Position numbers and translations under genes: made by a program
NCBI GenBank assembly: GCA_963725235.1
Contig: CAVRXN010000002.1
Span: 314,902 to 378,901 of the forward strand
Direction of reading: 5' to 3'
DNA: 64,000 nucleotides
DNA from: an uncultured bacterium
GTDB taxonomy: Bacteria > Patescibacteriota > Minisyncoccia > UBA6257 > 2-01-FULL-56-20
Notes under the pieces: generated by a model
What the model saw: only the letters and a program-made list of their open reading frames with translations
Database searches by the model: none
Told to the model about the DNA's origin: nothing
Part shown: one piece after another, positions 1 to 10,332 of the stretch
Layout of the letters: each line of letters opens with the position of its first letter
Position numbering within the stretch: position 1 is the stretch's first letter

Positions 1-144
1 ATCGCGATAGCCTTACGGGCATTGAATATATCCTCTCTAAAGATGATTATGAGGTATAATCTATTACTCGTCAATCCCATCCAAGAACCATTAAAAAGTA
101 AAAGCCGTCCGCGACAACATGGTCGGGACGGCTGGAGGGGGCGA

Positions 145-483
145 TCAAATAGATATCGCCACAAGGTACGCTTCGGGTCGGCACCGATAGTGGTGGCGAC
201 CGAACATCATGAGTGTGGACTCTTCGGGTTCGGTGCGGTACTTGAGTTTGACCGTGCCGTTCGCGACATCGATAGGTCCATCCACGTAGATACACATCTG
301 TCCTCCGAATGAATCCACTACATAAAGGAAGCAGTCGCCGCCTTCGAGTGGGATGATTCGATAGATATGTGCCTTTTGGCCGTTCAAGCGACATGCCTGA
401 AGGCGAGCCAAGCGGGCGAGTGCGGCGGGATGTGTAAAAAACAATCGCCAAAAATCCTTGCGAAGCTGCTTAAAAAGTTTCAC
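145..483 (-). CDS. hypothetical protein
   Basis: 112-aa ORF (MKLFKQLRKDFW...); no motif recognised; an overlapping alternative-frame ORF 71..451 makes the frame uncertain. Confidence 0.3.
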   Translation of the reverse strand: MKLFKQLRKDFWRLFFTHPAALARLARLQACRLNGQKAHIYRIIPLEGGDCFLYVVDSFGGQMCIYVDGPIDVANGTVKLKYRTEPEESTLMMFGRHHYRCRPEAYLVAISI

Positions 484-520
484 TGATTTACTCCTTTAGA
501 GAACTAGCGAAGTTCAGGCC

Positions 521-637
521 TTACGGTAGTCTATCCGGATCGATTGTCTGTGCAGGTCGACGGAGCAGGCGAGCGAATCCGATGAAGAGCGCCAGTGCCA
601 ATGGCACCCAGAAAAGAAATTGGATTTTATTAAACAT
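521..637 (-). CDS. small membrane protein (38 aa)
   Basis: AAGGGAG Shine-Dalgarno 4 nt upstream of the ATG at 637; one hydrophobic helix FLFWVPLALALFIGF; the longer 84-aa track ORF start lacks an RBS. Confidence 0.35.
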   Translation of the reverse strand: MFNKIQFLFWVPLALALFIGFARLLRRPAQTIDPDRLP

Positions 638-764
638 ATTCTCCCTTATTAAAGAACTGCTGAATTTGGGACTTCGCTTTGCTCCCACTAAAGAATTCTC
701 CAGTGAAAATGCTTTAGTGGAAGGGGAGATCGATTTTTTAAAATCTGCCTCCCCGCTGTAGGAA

Positions 765-1055
765 TCAATCACCAAGAGTCATAATGCCTTCACGCGTCCG
801 AGTACAGAAGTACCCCTTTACATGACGAACTTCGCCTCCTGTACGTGTCCATCCTCGGAAAATCCAGCTTTCACCGTCGCCACTTTCTTACTCTACTCCA
901 GTGACGGCGACTTCCATATTCTTGCGTTCCACAAATGTGAAACGAACGGTATGACGTAAGAAGCTCGGATTGCCTTCAAAGAGGGAGACCATAAGATCCC
1001 ACTTCGATGGCCCACCAATGATGGTCAACTGAACTTGTTGGTTTTTTAGTGCCAT
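765..1055 (-). pseudogene. 97-codon hypothetical ORF interrupted by an in-frame TAA (888..890)
   Basis: My translation: MALKNQQVQLTIIGGPSKWDL...VAVTGVE-stop-ESGDGESWIFRGWTRTGGEVRHVKGYF...; both halves are in the same frame and protein-like. Confidence 0.3.
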
Positions 1056-1216
1056 ACGACACTCCTTTTCAATCTACCTATCCTTGCGGACGACCTGGTC
1101 ATACGACTCAGGAATTAACTGATACAATTATAGCATGTATAACTATCCTGTCAACCCCTGCAAAATCCACTAAAAATGAGGCATAATAGAGGCATCGCGC
1201 TACAACCACTACTATT

Positions 1217-2011
1217 ATGTACGAACTGACTGTGGGGGAATTTAAGGGGCCGCTCGAGAAGCTGCTGGAGCTTATCGAGGCGGAGAAGATGGACGTGAGC
1301 GAGGTGAGCATGGCACACGTGACGGACGATTTCCTGAAGTACCTCGACGCGCTGAAGTCGAGCGATTTGTTGGCGGGTGTCGCCGAGGAGATGGCGATCG
1401 ACAAGGTGCGGCTCGACCTGCGCGTGCTTGCGGATTTCATCGCGGTCGCGAGCCGGCTGATTTTTTTGAAATCGAAATATTTGTTGCCGGGTTTGGCGCT
1501 AAGCGACGAAGAAGAGGCGGACATCAAAGACCTCGAAGATCGATTGAAGCGTTATCAGGATCTGAAACCGGCATTACGATATTTGAACCAGCTCTGGTCC
1601 GAGCGCCATACATCATATAGCCGTCCATATTTTCTCGGGCAGGGGAAAGGTCTTGCCCCGGACCAGAAAGTTTTTTATCCGGGCGGGAATGTTTCAATCG
1701 AGTCGCTGCAAGCAGCGTTGTCGAGGATTTTTGATTCGATAAAAACGATCGAGATCGAGACGGAAACGATCCGCGAAAAGATCGTTACACTCGAAGAAAA
1801 AATTACCGAAGTGCTTGGCCGCATCCAAAAAGAGGGCGACATGCAATTCAAGAATCTATCCGGCGACAAATCGCGCGGCGAAATGATCGTCGTTTTCCTC
1901 GCAATCCTACATCTCGCCCGCGAGCAGCTGGTCTTAATAGAGCAAATCGGGAATTTTTCTGATATAATGGTGAAGAATTCGCCACCGGAAAAAGTTATTA
2001 AAAAATCATGA
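1217..2011 (+). CDS. scpA: segregation and condensation protein A
   Basis: 264 aa; N-terminus FKGPLEKLLELIEAEKMDVSEVSMAHVTDDFLKYL is typical of ScpA; followed by scpB. Confidence 0.9.
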   Translation: MYELTVGEFKGPLEKLLELIEAEKMDVSEVSMAHVTDDFLKYLDALKSSDLLAGVAEEMAIDKVRLDLRVLADFIAVASRLIFLKSKYLLPGLALSDEEEADIKDLEDRLKRYQDLKPALRYLNQLWSERHTSYSRPYFLGQGKGLAPDQKVFYPGGNVSIESLQAALSRIFDSIKTIEIETETIREKIVTLEEKITEVLGRIQKEGDMQFKNLSGDKSRGEMIVVFLAILHLAREQLVLIEQIGNFSDIMVKNSPPEKVIKKS

Positions 2012-2620
2012 AAGACATTGACAAACAATTGGCAGGCCTCGAAGCGCTGCTTTTCATCCACGGCGAACCGATCGCATACGCAAAAATCGAGTCAGTTTTA
2101 GGATTAAAAAAAGATGAAATCGATGGACTGCTCGCCCAGACTTAAAAAACAGCTCGACGAATCCGACGAGCGCGGCGTCCAACTCGTCATCGGCGGCGGC
2201 AAAGGTACAGAAAAAGTCCAGCTCGCGACAAAACCGGAATTTAATGTCATCCTCGAAAATTTTGTCCGCGAAGAGCTTTCCGAAGATCTGACGCCAGCCA
2301 GCCTGGAAGCGCTCTCTATAATTGCATATCTCGGCCCGATTTCGCGTGCGCGGCTTGAATATCTCCGCGGCGTGAATTCGCTCGTTATTCTAAGAAGCTT
2401 AATGATCCGCGGGTTAATCGAAAGGATCCCAGACCCGGCACACGCAAACGGCTTCGTCTATCAGCCGACATTCGATCTGATGAAGCAGCTCGGCCTGCAG
2501 GGCAAAGAGGATTTGCCGGAATTTGCGCGGTTCCAGGATTTATTAAAAGTATTCGAGGCGCAAAACCCCTCGGCGGCACAATCGTCCACGACACCCGCAA
2601 CAGGCTCCCAGCAAAAATGA
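2008..2620 (+). CDS. scpB: segregation and condensation protein B, frame-disrupted (+1 near 2140)
   Basis: N-terminus MKDIDKQLAGLEALLFIHGEPIAYAKIESVLGL..LLAQ starts at ATG 2008 and continues as LKKQLDES... in the frame of track ORF 2114..2620; winged-helix ScpB motifs (LEALSIIAYLGPISRARLEYLRGV). Confidence 0.8.
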
Positions 2621-3598
2621 ACAATAAAAACTTCTCAAAATTATTTTTTACAGGAGTCGTTATCGGAGTATTCATCTTCTGGATCGCCACAAATCCCGGC
2701 ATTTTTATCAACGGCGGCACGCAAACCGCAGCGGCGAATAGTGCGGCAACTTCGACGACCGTCGCTGGCGGCGCGACAAAGTCCGGCCCGCCAATCTTTA
2801 TTTTGCCCGCGCTTTCGGCGGACATCAGCCAGCAAAACCAACAAGCAACAGCGACCTCATCAAGTGGCAGCACGGCAACGACAGCGCCAAACGTCGGCGC
2901 CTCGGAAATCCTGATCGCCGACCTGCAAAGCGGCGCCAGTTTCTATAGCTTGAACGCCGACCAGCGTTGGCCGATGGCGTCGATCAGCAAGTTGATGACG
3001 GCGGTTATTGCGACCGACGATCTCGACCCGATGGACAGAATAACGATCACGGCGCAGATGACAGCGGTCGATCCGAGTGAAAATGTTTTACATGTCGGCG
3101 ATACGTACACGGTCGAGGATTTGCTCCACGTTATGTTATTGCCGTCGAACAATGTCGCGGCGACGGCGCTCGCAGATTTTTATGGTTATGCAAACTTCAT
3201 GGCTGCGATGAATGCGAAGGCGCAGGCGTGGGGGATGACGGACACCTATTACGATGACCCGTCGGGATTGTCCGCAGCGAACGAATCGACGCCGGACGAT
3301 TTATTAAAACTTGCCCAAAATATTTATTCGCAGTATCCGCAAATCTTGGCGATAACGCGCGAGCCGCAGGCGACCGTCCAAAATCTTGCGACCGGCCAAC
3401 CGGTAATAATTAACAGCATCAACAACTTCGCCGGCACCGCGCCGATTCCTCGGCGGTAAAACCGGTTACACCGACCAAGCCGACGGCAACTTGCTTTCGC
3501 TGTTCAGCTACGACGGCCGCCCGGTCTTCATCGTCGTCATGGGCGTCGACGACGGCGTGCGGTTCGATGCGACACAATCGCTGTATCGATTGGTTTAA
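2617..3598 (+). CDS. D-alanyl-D-alanine carboxypeptidase (peptidase S11), frame-disrupted (+1 near 3445)
   Basis: N-terminal TM segment; SxxK (SISK), SxN (LLPSNN); the KTG motif (FLGGKTGYTDQADGNLL) continues in the next frame to the stop at 3596..3598. Confidence 0.8.
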
Positions 3599-3629
3599 GG
3601 CAAATTTTAAGTAATTTTTAATCCGAGCG

Positions 3630-4688
3630 ATGCAATCAATCATTCTTTCCCAAACGGTGCGCGTGATGGTGCTGGCAACGATCTCATTTTTGGTCGCGCT
3701 TGCGGTTACGCCGCTCTGGATGAAGTTGCTTAATAAGTACGGCTTCAGCAAGCAGCTGCGCGAGTCGAAGGATGCGCCAGTATTTTACGAACTTCATAAG
3801 AAAAAAATTGGCGTGCCGACCGGTGCGGGCATTATCATTTGGTCGACCGTCCTCGCCCTCGCGATCATCTTCGATATTTTGGGCCACGTTTTTGACGGTT
3901 TCTGGCATTACATGAACTTCATTGACCGCCCAGAAACATATTTACCGCTCGCGGCACTTTTCCTTGCCGGTTTGCTCGGTCTGATTGACGATTGGCTTGG
4001 CGCCCTGAAGCTTGGCGGTGCATCGGGTGGAGGATTGCAGGTCAGATATAAATCTATCTTCTATGTTCTTGCAGGTGCAGTCGGCGCCTGGTGGTTCTAT
4101 TTCCGTCTCGGCTTCAACACGTTGAATGTGCCTTTCGTCGGCAACATAACGATCGGTTGGTGGTACATCCCACTCTTTATTTTCATCGTGTTCGCGTCTG
4201 CATTTTCCGCGAATGAAACCGACGGCCTCGACGGCTTGCTCGGCGGTTCATCACTGTTCGCATTCTTCGCGCTCATCGCCGTCGCATTCGTCCTTGGTCG
4301 CTATCAGCTCGCCGCGTTTGGCGGGGTGATGATCGGCGCACTCCTCGCGTTCCTCTGGAGCAACATCTATCCCGCGAAGTTCATGATGGGCGACACCGGT
4401 TCGATGGCGCTCGGTATCTCGATCGGTGTCATTGCGATGCTGACGAATACCGCCTTACTCTTACCACTTTTCATGATCATTCCCGTTATCGAATCGCTTT
4501 CGGTCATCATTCAAGTTACATCGAAAAAGCTTCGCGGTGGCAAAAAAATATTCCGGTCTACGCCGATCCATCACCATTTCGAAGCGCTTGGTTGGCCCGA
4601 GTCACAAATCACGATGCGCTTCTGGATCATCTCGACCATCTCGTGTGCGCTAGGGCTTGTGCTGTTTTTCCTGTCGCGGGCGATGTAG
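3630..4688 (+). CDS. mraY: phospho-N-acetylmuramoyl-pentapeptide transferase
   Basis: 352 aa polytopic membrane protein with NETDGLDGL, MGDTGS and PIHHHFE motifs. Confidence 0.95.
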   Translation: MQSIILSQTVRVMVLATISFLVALAVTPLWMKLLNKYGFSKQLRESKDAPVFYELHKKKIGVPTGAGIIIWSTVLALAIIFDILGHVFDGFWHYMNFIDRPETYLPLAALFLAGLLGLIDDWLGALKLGGASGGGLQVRYKSIFYVLAGAVGAWWFYFRLGFNTLNVPFVGNITIGWWYIPLFIFIVFASAFSANETDGLDGLLGGSSLFAFFALIAVAFVLGRYQLAAFGGVMIGALLAFLWSNIYPAKFMMGDTGSMALGISIGVIAMLTNTALLLPLFMIIPVIESLSVIIQVTSKKLRGGKKIFRSTPIHHHFEALGWPESQITMRFWIISTISCALGLVLFFLSRAM

Positions 4689-4713
4689 AAAAAGGACAGG
4701 TATATACCTGTCC
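4688..4713. terminator. hairpin between convergent genes (T-run on minus strand)
   Basis: GGACAGGTATATACCTGTCC palindrome 4694..4713 preceded by AAAAA (TTTTT on the minus strand), just past the stop of the minus gene at 4719. Confidence 0.5.
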
Positions 4714-4718
4714 ATAAG

Positions 4719-5768
4719 TCATCTGCCGATTTTAGTAAGCATCTTTCGCTCAAGCCGCTTGAGTGGCGTGCGTGCGAATTCTACGTAAAAACTCTCCGCA
4801 AAATCCGCTAGGAAAATGTTTCCAACATGACCCATCGGGTCAGTCGGCCGCCGCGTCGATGAAAGCCAGTCGTCTTCGATATAAGCGCTTCCGAATGCAC
4901 TTGCCAGTCGAGGGAATGCCAACTCATTGTGGCCATCGTATCCGTCGACGAGTATAGTTTCCAAAAGTGCATGCTTCAACCGTTGGCGAAATGTCGAGCA
5001 TGTTGTGCAGGGTTTGAAGCGAACGTCTTGCCTGAGCGCGATCGCGGTGGCTGCTTCGATCGAATGTTGCAACGTGCGGTCGATCGCGTGATACTCGAGC
5101 GATTTTTCGAATGACAGCTGGGGCGTTCGTCCGATTTCGAGCGTATGGAACGCGAACACGAATGCCGATTCGCCGATGCTCTGCGCGAGAGCTTCCGGCG
5201 AAAACGCTTTATGCACATAGGCAGAGAGCTGCTCATGTGGATCGAAGGTTGGTCTGAGTGATTGGATGAGCGACGAAGAAGACGTCGGGTCCTCTTCCAC
5301 GAGCGCGGAATAGATATCATCCTGATGTGTACGGCCAAAGGTTGCTCGATTCCGGATGATTTCGCCGAAATGTCGCCATTTATGTTTCGGCCCATTGAGA
5401 TCGAAATGGATCCACGTTTCCCGTTCTGCTGCTACGTAAATAAGATGGATACTGGGGCGCCCGTCCAACTCACGGCAAGAAAAGGTTCCTGCTGGGCGAC
5501 CATGACCGATGCGTTCGAAGAAATTATCCTGCGTCCATTCGTCAGGATTATTTTTACATTTTTCGCGAAGCGCATCGCCGCCTTCAATAACGAGAACGCT
5601 TCGTCCACGTCCCGATATAAATCTGGCATACGGCAGATCGCCAAATGTCCAACGATATTCGAGGTTTCCTACAAGCGTATGCGGCGCTTCTTCGCCGTGA
5701 ACGGTCGGAATAAAGAGTCCCGTAGCACCGCATAGTGCTACGAATAAGGCTACGGTCGGTGTTTTCAA
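4719..5768 (-). CDS. hypothetical secreted protein
   Basis: 349 aa; signal-peptide-like N-terminus MKTPTVALFVALCGATGLFIPTVHG; no recognised domain. Confidence 0.5.
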   Translation of the reverse strand: MKTPTVALFVALCGATGLFIPTVHGEEAPHTLVGNLEYRWTFGDLPYARFISGRGRSVLVIEGGDALREKCKNNPDEWTQDNFFERIGHGRPAGTFSCRELDGRPSIHLIYVAAERETWIHFDLNGPKHKWRHFGEIIRNRATFGRTHQDDIYSALVEEDPTSSSSLIQSLRPTFDPHEQLSAYVHKAFSPEALAQSIGESAFVFAFHTLEIGRTPQLSFEKSLEYHAIDRTLQHSIEAATAIALRQDVRFKPCTTCSTFRQRLKHALLETILVDGYDGHNELAFPRLASAFGSAYIEDDWLSSTRRPTDPMGHVGNIFLADFAESFYVEFARTPLKRLERKMLTKIGR

Positions 5769-5830
5769 ATTGCCTCCAGATAACGGGGCGCTTGACTACA
5801 CGAACCATAGAGCAAAGCGGTAGGAAGGTC

Positions 5831-5862
5831 AAATAAAAATGCCCCGACGAAGCGCGGGGCAT
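5831..5862 (-). terminator. rho-independent terminator
   Basis: Stem ATGCCCCG/CGGGGCAT (5839..5862); on the minus strand it is followed by TTTTTATTT; lies just downstream of the 5893..6282 gene. Confidence 0.6.
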
Positions 5863-5892
5863 TTACTGCGGATGGCCATCACGGGATCTTCA

Positions 5893-6282
5893 TCAGCGAT
5901 AGGCGATCGCCTGATGGTCGACTGGCATCGTGAGAGTTTTGGTATCGATATCCACGAAGCCTTTATGATTCTCGGTCCAATCAAGTCCAAGCAAGCGATG
6001 CCGGACTATATAGAGAGTTACGGACCTTCCATCCCGACCTTCCCTAGTATCGCGCTCGATGATAAGCGCGTAGTGATCTGGGCGGTGCTTCAACAGAGCT
6101 GTGATATTCGAATTTGTCAGCGTCACCCGTGTTACCGTTACCACATCGTCCGTAGAGATGCCGGCCTCATTTCTGACCTCCTCGAATCGAAAATGATCCG
6201 AGCTTGGCCCTGCTGCCAAACCTACAGCAGCAAAAGAACAAAACAGGGGAGCGAGTAGCGTGAAGTACGATCGTTGCTGCAT
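5893..6282 (-). CDS. hypothetical secreted protein
   Basis: 129 aa; hydrophobic N-terminus MQQRSYFTLLAPLFCSFAAVGLAAG; followed by a terminator. Confidence 0.5.
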   Translation of the reverse strand: MQQRSYFTLLAPLFCSFAAVGLAAGPSSDHFRFEEVRNEAGISTDDVVTVTRVTLTNSNITALLKHRPDHYALIIERDTREGRDGRSVTLYIVRHRLLGLDWTENHKGFVDIDTKTLTMPVDHQAIAYR

Positions 6283-6361
6283 TTATTCGGCCTCCTTGTC
6301 GCCGATGTAAACTATTTATACTATAATGCAAAGACAGAGAATTGGCAACTTTTAATGTTTG

Positions 6362-6443
6362 TGCACAGGGTGAGAGTCGAACTCACCGGGTCAATGACAT
6401 TCGATTTACAGTCGAACCCCGCGCCCTACGGGACTACCTGTGC
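6362..6443 (-). tRNA. tRNA-Tyr (GTA), class II long variable arm
   Basis: Manual fold of the reverse complement: acceptor GCACAGG/CCTGTGC, anticodon arm TTCGA-CTGTAAA-TCGAA, T arm GTGAG-TTCGACT-CTCAC; CCA not encoded. Confidence 0.85.
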
Positions 6444-6461
6444 GATTAAATTCATTTGCTA

Positions 6462-6836
6462 TTATACCTTATACTTTTTATATTTCCTATCCTCGATTGT
6501 CAAGCAACTTGTCGCTTCGATCTCGTTCCACGGCAGAACGTAATTCTCATCATTTTCTGTATGAATAAAAAGCACATCAAAATCAACCTTTTCATATTTT
6601 CTTGCCGTATAGAAAGATTGATTGCCGCCCATAGTTCGGAGGCTTGCCATACATCTTCCGGCTTGCTTCCATAGGCCGGCATACTTTACTTGCACTCGCG
6701 ACAATATACCATCTTTTTCGGCAATGAGATCGTAACGACGCTTGTCGCCGATTGGCAAACAAACTTCATAATGGTGACTCATAAAATGGGATATTGCAAA
6801 ACCGACAGCTAGGTCGCCTCGCTCTTTTGTGGTCAT
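6462..6836 (-). CDS. PD-(D/E)XK endonuclease-like protein (group I intron-associated type)
   Basis: 124 aa; GDLAVGFAISHFMSHHYEVCLPIGDKRRYDLIAEKDG..RVQVKY resembles the small PD-(D/E)XK endonuclease family. Confidence 0.55.
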   Translation of the reverse strand: MTTKERGDLAVGFAISHFMSHHYEVCLPIGDKRRYDLIAEKDGILSRVQVKYAGLWKQAGRCMASLRTMGGNQSFYTARKYEKVDFDVLFIHTENDENYVLPWNEIEATSCLTIEDRKYKKYKV

Positions 6837-6889
6837 ATCTTAATCATGACCAATCATCGGCAAAAAAGCAAAAACTTTTTAATGATTTT

Positions 6890-7312
6890 TTAATCTTCGG
6901 CACCGTCGGCGGAAGCGTCCACGGCATCGCCGCCGGTCGCCGCGTTTCTCCCGCTGATCTCCTTGAAATCAATAGTCGCTTTCTTCTCGCTCGCCGCCTG
7001 GTTGTGGTTAATCTTGCGCAAATGTTTGCTGATCACGTTATCAAGCTTCAACGTAAACACTTTAAATTTGCGCAAAAACTTCAAAAGCCACGTGTTGAAC
7101 GACGCATCGATTTTCTCCGGCAACTCGGAATGTGCCCAGCGGTCGAGAAAGCCGCGCCGCCCGCCGAGGCCGGCCGCGCCACCGGAATCGTCAATCGAAA
7201 CCACATCAGCCGAACCATCCGCCTCTGCAACGCGCGGCAAAGCCCGCACCATCAAATAGAGAACGGCCGAAAGCGAAAACATTAATACGAGGGTGAAGAT
7301 AAAGAGGACCAT
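6890..7312 (-). CDS. hypothetical membrane protein
   Basis: 140 aa; N-terminal TM helix MVLFIFTLVLMFSLSAVLYLMV; sits upstream of tsf. Confidence 0.5.
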   Translation of the reverse strand: MVLFIFTLVLMFSLSAVLYLMVRALPRVAEADGSADVVSIDDSGGAAGLGGRRGFLDRWAHSELPEKIDASFNTWLLKFLRKFKVFTLKLDNVISKHLRKINHNQAASEKKATIDFKEISGRNAATGGDAVDASADGAED

Positions 7313-7318
7313 CGAACA

Positions 7319-7774
7319 TTATACCTCGATCCGGTAGAACTGCGTGACGACGACGTTTTCGCCGACTTTGGCGATGACATCGTTCACGATGTCGTGGACG
7401 GTTCGCGATTCATCTTTAACATACGGCTGGGCGAGGAGTTCATCGACGTTCGCGGGTGCGGACGCGGCGATCTGCATCGCGAGATCGCGGGCAAGTGCCT
7501 GGAATGGTTCGGAGCGGACGACGAAATCAGTTTCGGCGCGGACCTCTAACAAAACGCCGATGCGGTCGGCGTGGACATATGAATAGGCGAGTCCGGCTCC
7601 GGTTTCCCGGCCGGCGCGCTTTTCAACTTTCGCGATGCCACGTTCGCCGATCAGTGCGCGGGCGCGATCGAAATCGCCATCGGCTTCGACGAGCGCTTTC
7701 CGGCAGTCCATAACGCCGGCTCCCGTCACCTCACGCAATTTTTGCACCATTTCCGCTGTTATTTCTTTTGCCAT
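7319..7774 (-). CDS. tsf: translation elongation factor Ts (short form)
   Basis: 151 aa; UBA-like N-terminus MVQKLREVTGAGVMDCRKALVEADGDFDRA and an EF-Ts core; downstream of rpsB as usual. Confidence 0.9.
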   Translation of the reverse strand: MAKEITAEMVQKLREVTGAGVMDCRKALVEADGDFDRARALIGERGIAKVEKRAGRETGAGLAYSYVHADRIGVLLEVRAETDFVVRSEPFQALARDLAMQIAASAPANVDELLAQPYVKDESRTVHDIVNDVIAKVGENVVVTQFYRIEV

Positions 7775-7815
7775 GTTTTTGTTGTTGTCAAATTCCTTTT
7801 AATAATTTTCTAATC

Positions 7816-8608
7816 TTATTTCTGTGCTTCTTCCGTCATCTGTGTCTCTTTGTCTCTTGTCTTCATCCTTATCCCATCTTCGATCGCTTTCTCCATCTTC
7901 GCAAGGAACCATTCGATGCTCTTTTTCGCCTTATCGTTGCCGGGGACCAAATAGCTGATGAGGTCCGGGTCGGCGTCGATGTTTGCGAGGGCGACGATCG
8001 GGATTTTTTTGATGCGTGCTTCGCGGACTGCGGTCGTATGCAATTTCGGGTCGATCATGATAAGGAGGTCCGGTTCGTTCGCCATCGTTTCGAGGCCACC
8101 CATCAATTCTTCGAGTCGCTGGATTTCGCGGTCGATCTCGACGCGCTCTTTTTTCGTATATTTATCGAGTGCGCCAGAAGCGAGGTCGGCACGGATCTTT
8201 TTCAAATGTTCAACGCGACCGGCGATAATCTTGAAGTTCGTGAGTGTGCCACCGATCCAGCGGTTTGAAACGTAAGGCATGCCGAATTTCTTGGCGATGG
8301 CGAGGAGTGATGCCTCGGCGGCCGGTTCGGTCGCGACAAACAAAGCGATACCGCCGTTGCGGATTTTTTCCGTGACGAATGCCAGCCGCCTCGGCCAGCG
8401 CTTCCTCGGTTTTCTCTAAATTGATGACTTCAATACCGCCGCGGTTCGCGATAACGAACTGGCGCATCTTCGGATTCGTCTTGCTCTTTTTGCGGCCATA
8501 AAAAACACCCGCCTCGATCATCTCGCGGGACATTTCGCTCGCACCGGCTGTAGGATATGCCGGTGCCTGGCTGTTTTGGGTTGTGATTTCTTCTGCCATT
8601 GTGTTCAT
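7816..8608 (-). CDS. rpsB: 30S ribosomal protein S2, frame-disrupted (+1 near 8380)
   Basis: N-terminal part (MIEAGVFYGRKKSKTNPKMRQFVIANRGGIEVINLEKT..) lies in track ORF 8210..8608 and continues as FVTEKIRNGGIALFVATEPAA.. in ORF 7816..8343. Confidence 0.85.
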
Positions 8609-8713
8609 ACCAATACAAAATCCCCACTGGGGGAACGAGAAGAACTATAGCATGTAAAAAAAGTGCGCGCAAGTAGTGCGCGCACGGATTGATGGAAGCG
8701 GTTGATTTTTCAA

Positions 8714-9169
8714 TCATCGCGTTCGGCGGAGGAGTTTTACGAGCCGAGGCCCGGGGCGTTTCATGGATTCAATGTGGATCAGCGCGATCTCGCGATATAC
8801 GTTTGGCGGCGGTTGGTGCTCCCGGTAGAGTAGGTAGTGCCTGATAGCATGCTCCAACGAGCCCATCATTCGATGCATATCCCCAAGTATAAAATGTATA
8901 CTCGGGAAAACTGGATCGATTGCAAGTGCTTGCTCAAAGTGTGCTATTGCCTTTTCAGGTTCATCGAGCCGGCGGAAGAGGAGGCCGAGGTTATAATGGG
9001 CTTCAAAGCACTCAGGAGCGACTTCGATAGTCCATTCATAATATCCACGCGCGAGTTGCAAGTAATCATGGCCGCGCTTCAACTGTGCGTTGCCCCTGGC
9101 AATTAACTGTTCAGGCGTCGGCGCGGCAGAAATCTGCGAGGTCCGATATCGCTCAATATTGATTAGCAT
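8714..9169 (-). CDS. tetratricopeptide repeat protein
   Basis: 151 aa; TPR-like repeats (EAHYNLGLLFRRLDEPEKAIAHFEQALAIDP). Confidence 0.7.
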   Translation of the reverse strand: MLINIERYRTSQISAAPTPEQLIARGNAQLKRGHDYLQLARGYYEWTIEVAPECFEAHYNLGLLFRRLDEPEKAIAHFEQALAIDPVFPSIHFILGDMHRMMGSLEHAIRHYLLYREHQPPPNVYREIALIHIESMKRPGPRLVKLLRRTR

Positions 9170-9229
9170 AAAGCTCCTGTGTAGTGATGAGATATTCCAG
9201 ACGGATCATATGGCATTGTAGCTCCTAGG

Positions 9230-10230
9230 TCAAGCAGTTGTGCTGGACGGGTACATCGGTGACACTTTCTGGTTCTTGTAATGGTACTCGACCGGTACCT
9301 CGTAGCCAAGGGTCTGATGGGGACGCTTGAAATTGTATTCGATCAGCCACTCGGTCATCTTTCGATTGAAGGCATCGCAGTCGGTACTCATGTTGCCCAG
9401 CTGGAGAAATTCCCGCTCGATGGTGCCATTGAACCGTTCGTCCACGGGATTGTCTTTGGGCGTTCTCGGACGCGAATGGTAATGCGGCAACGAAAGTTCT
9501 GCAGCTGCCTCCCGGAAATATTTTGCAAACTCGCTGCCATTGTCCGTCTGGAGATTCTCGATCTTCGCATCAAACAGGTAATTGATCCGCTTCAGGAAAT
9601 CAGCCGCATGGTTCGACCCGTGCCCCGGATACATCCGCGCAAAGGCGATTTTCGAGTGGACGTCGATCCCCGTGAGGATATATCGCTTGAGTCCGGCCGT
9701 ATGCCGCACGACGGTGTCGAGTGCCACGAGAAATCCCGCACGTTGCTCCTTCTTGAGCTCCGTGATGCGTTTTTTGGGCTGGTTCTGCTTACGTTTCTTG
9801 GCAAGCTTCTCGTTCTTCGCCGGATGGAAATACAGCTGATGCTTTTCGATCACTCGCTGGATTTTCCACGACGAGATGGGCGTGCCATATTCCTGCCCGT
9901 ACAGAATCCTGAGCTTCATCTTGCCCCAGCGGATGTGGGCGCGACGCAGACGCAGGATGCGGAACTCTTCAATTCGTGACACTTCCCACGTTCGCGTCTT
10001 CTTGGGCGCACGGCTTTTCTCCTCGAGTGATGAGAGGTTGAATGGATCATATCTCCGCTTCCATTCGTAAAAACATTCCCGGCTGATGCCGAAGTGGCGG
10101 CAGGTCAACGCCGCATTCTCTTTGTTTGCCCGGTAGAAATCAAACCAGTCCAGACGCTTCTTGGCTTCGTGCTGAGCGTGGGAATCCGGGCGAGTTCCAT
10201 CGCCCCCGGCAGGATATGGGAGGTAGGCAT
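9230..10230 (-). CDS. IS481-like integrase-core transposase; N-terminus in a different frame
   Basis: Track ORF 9230..10108 has an HTH (CRHFGISRECFYEWKRRY) plus an rve domain (..LQTDNGSEF..). The probable N-terminus MPTSHILPGAMELARIPTLSTK (ATG 10230) aligns with the second IS copy but needs a -1 change near 10165. Confidence 0.75.
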
Positions 10231-10315
10231 GTTGTGCCCAGCATACCTCGTTTTGCCGCTATTTTTGATCCGTAGTTTGTAGGTCATCGGGCAACACCAG
10301 AGTGTCACCGATGTA
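9251..10315 (-). mobile_element. IS element, rve (DDE) transposase, IS481-like
   Basis: Imperfect terminal inverted repeats TACATCGGTGACACT..CTGGT at 9252..9273 and 10296..10315; one integrase-core transposase gene between them. Confidence 0.65.
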
Positions 10316-10332
10316 TCTCATCTTCCGCAGCA

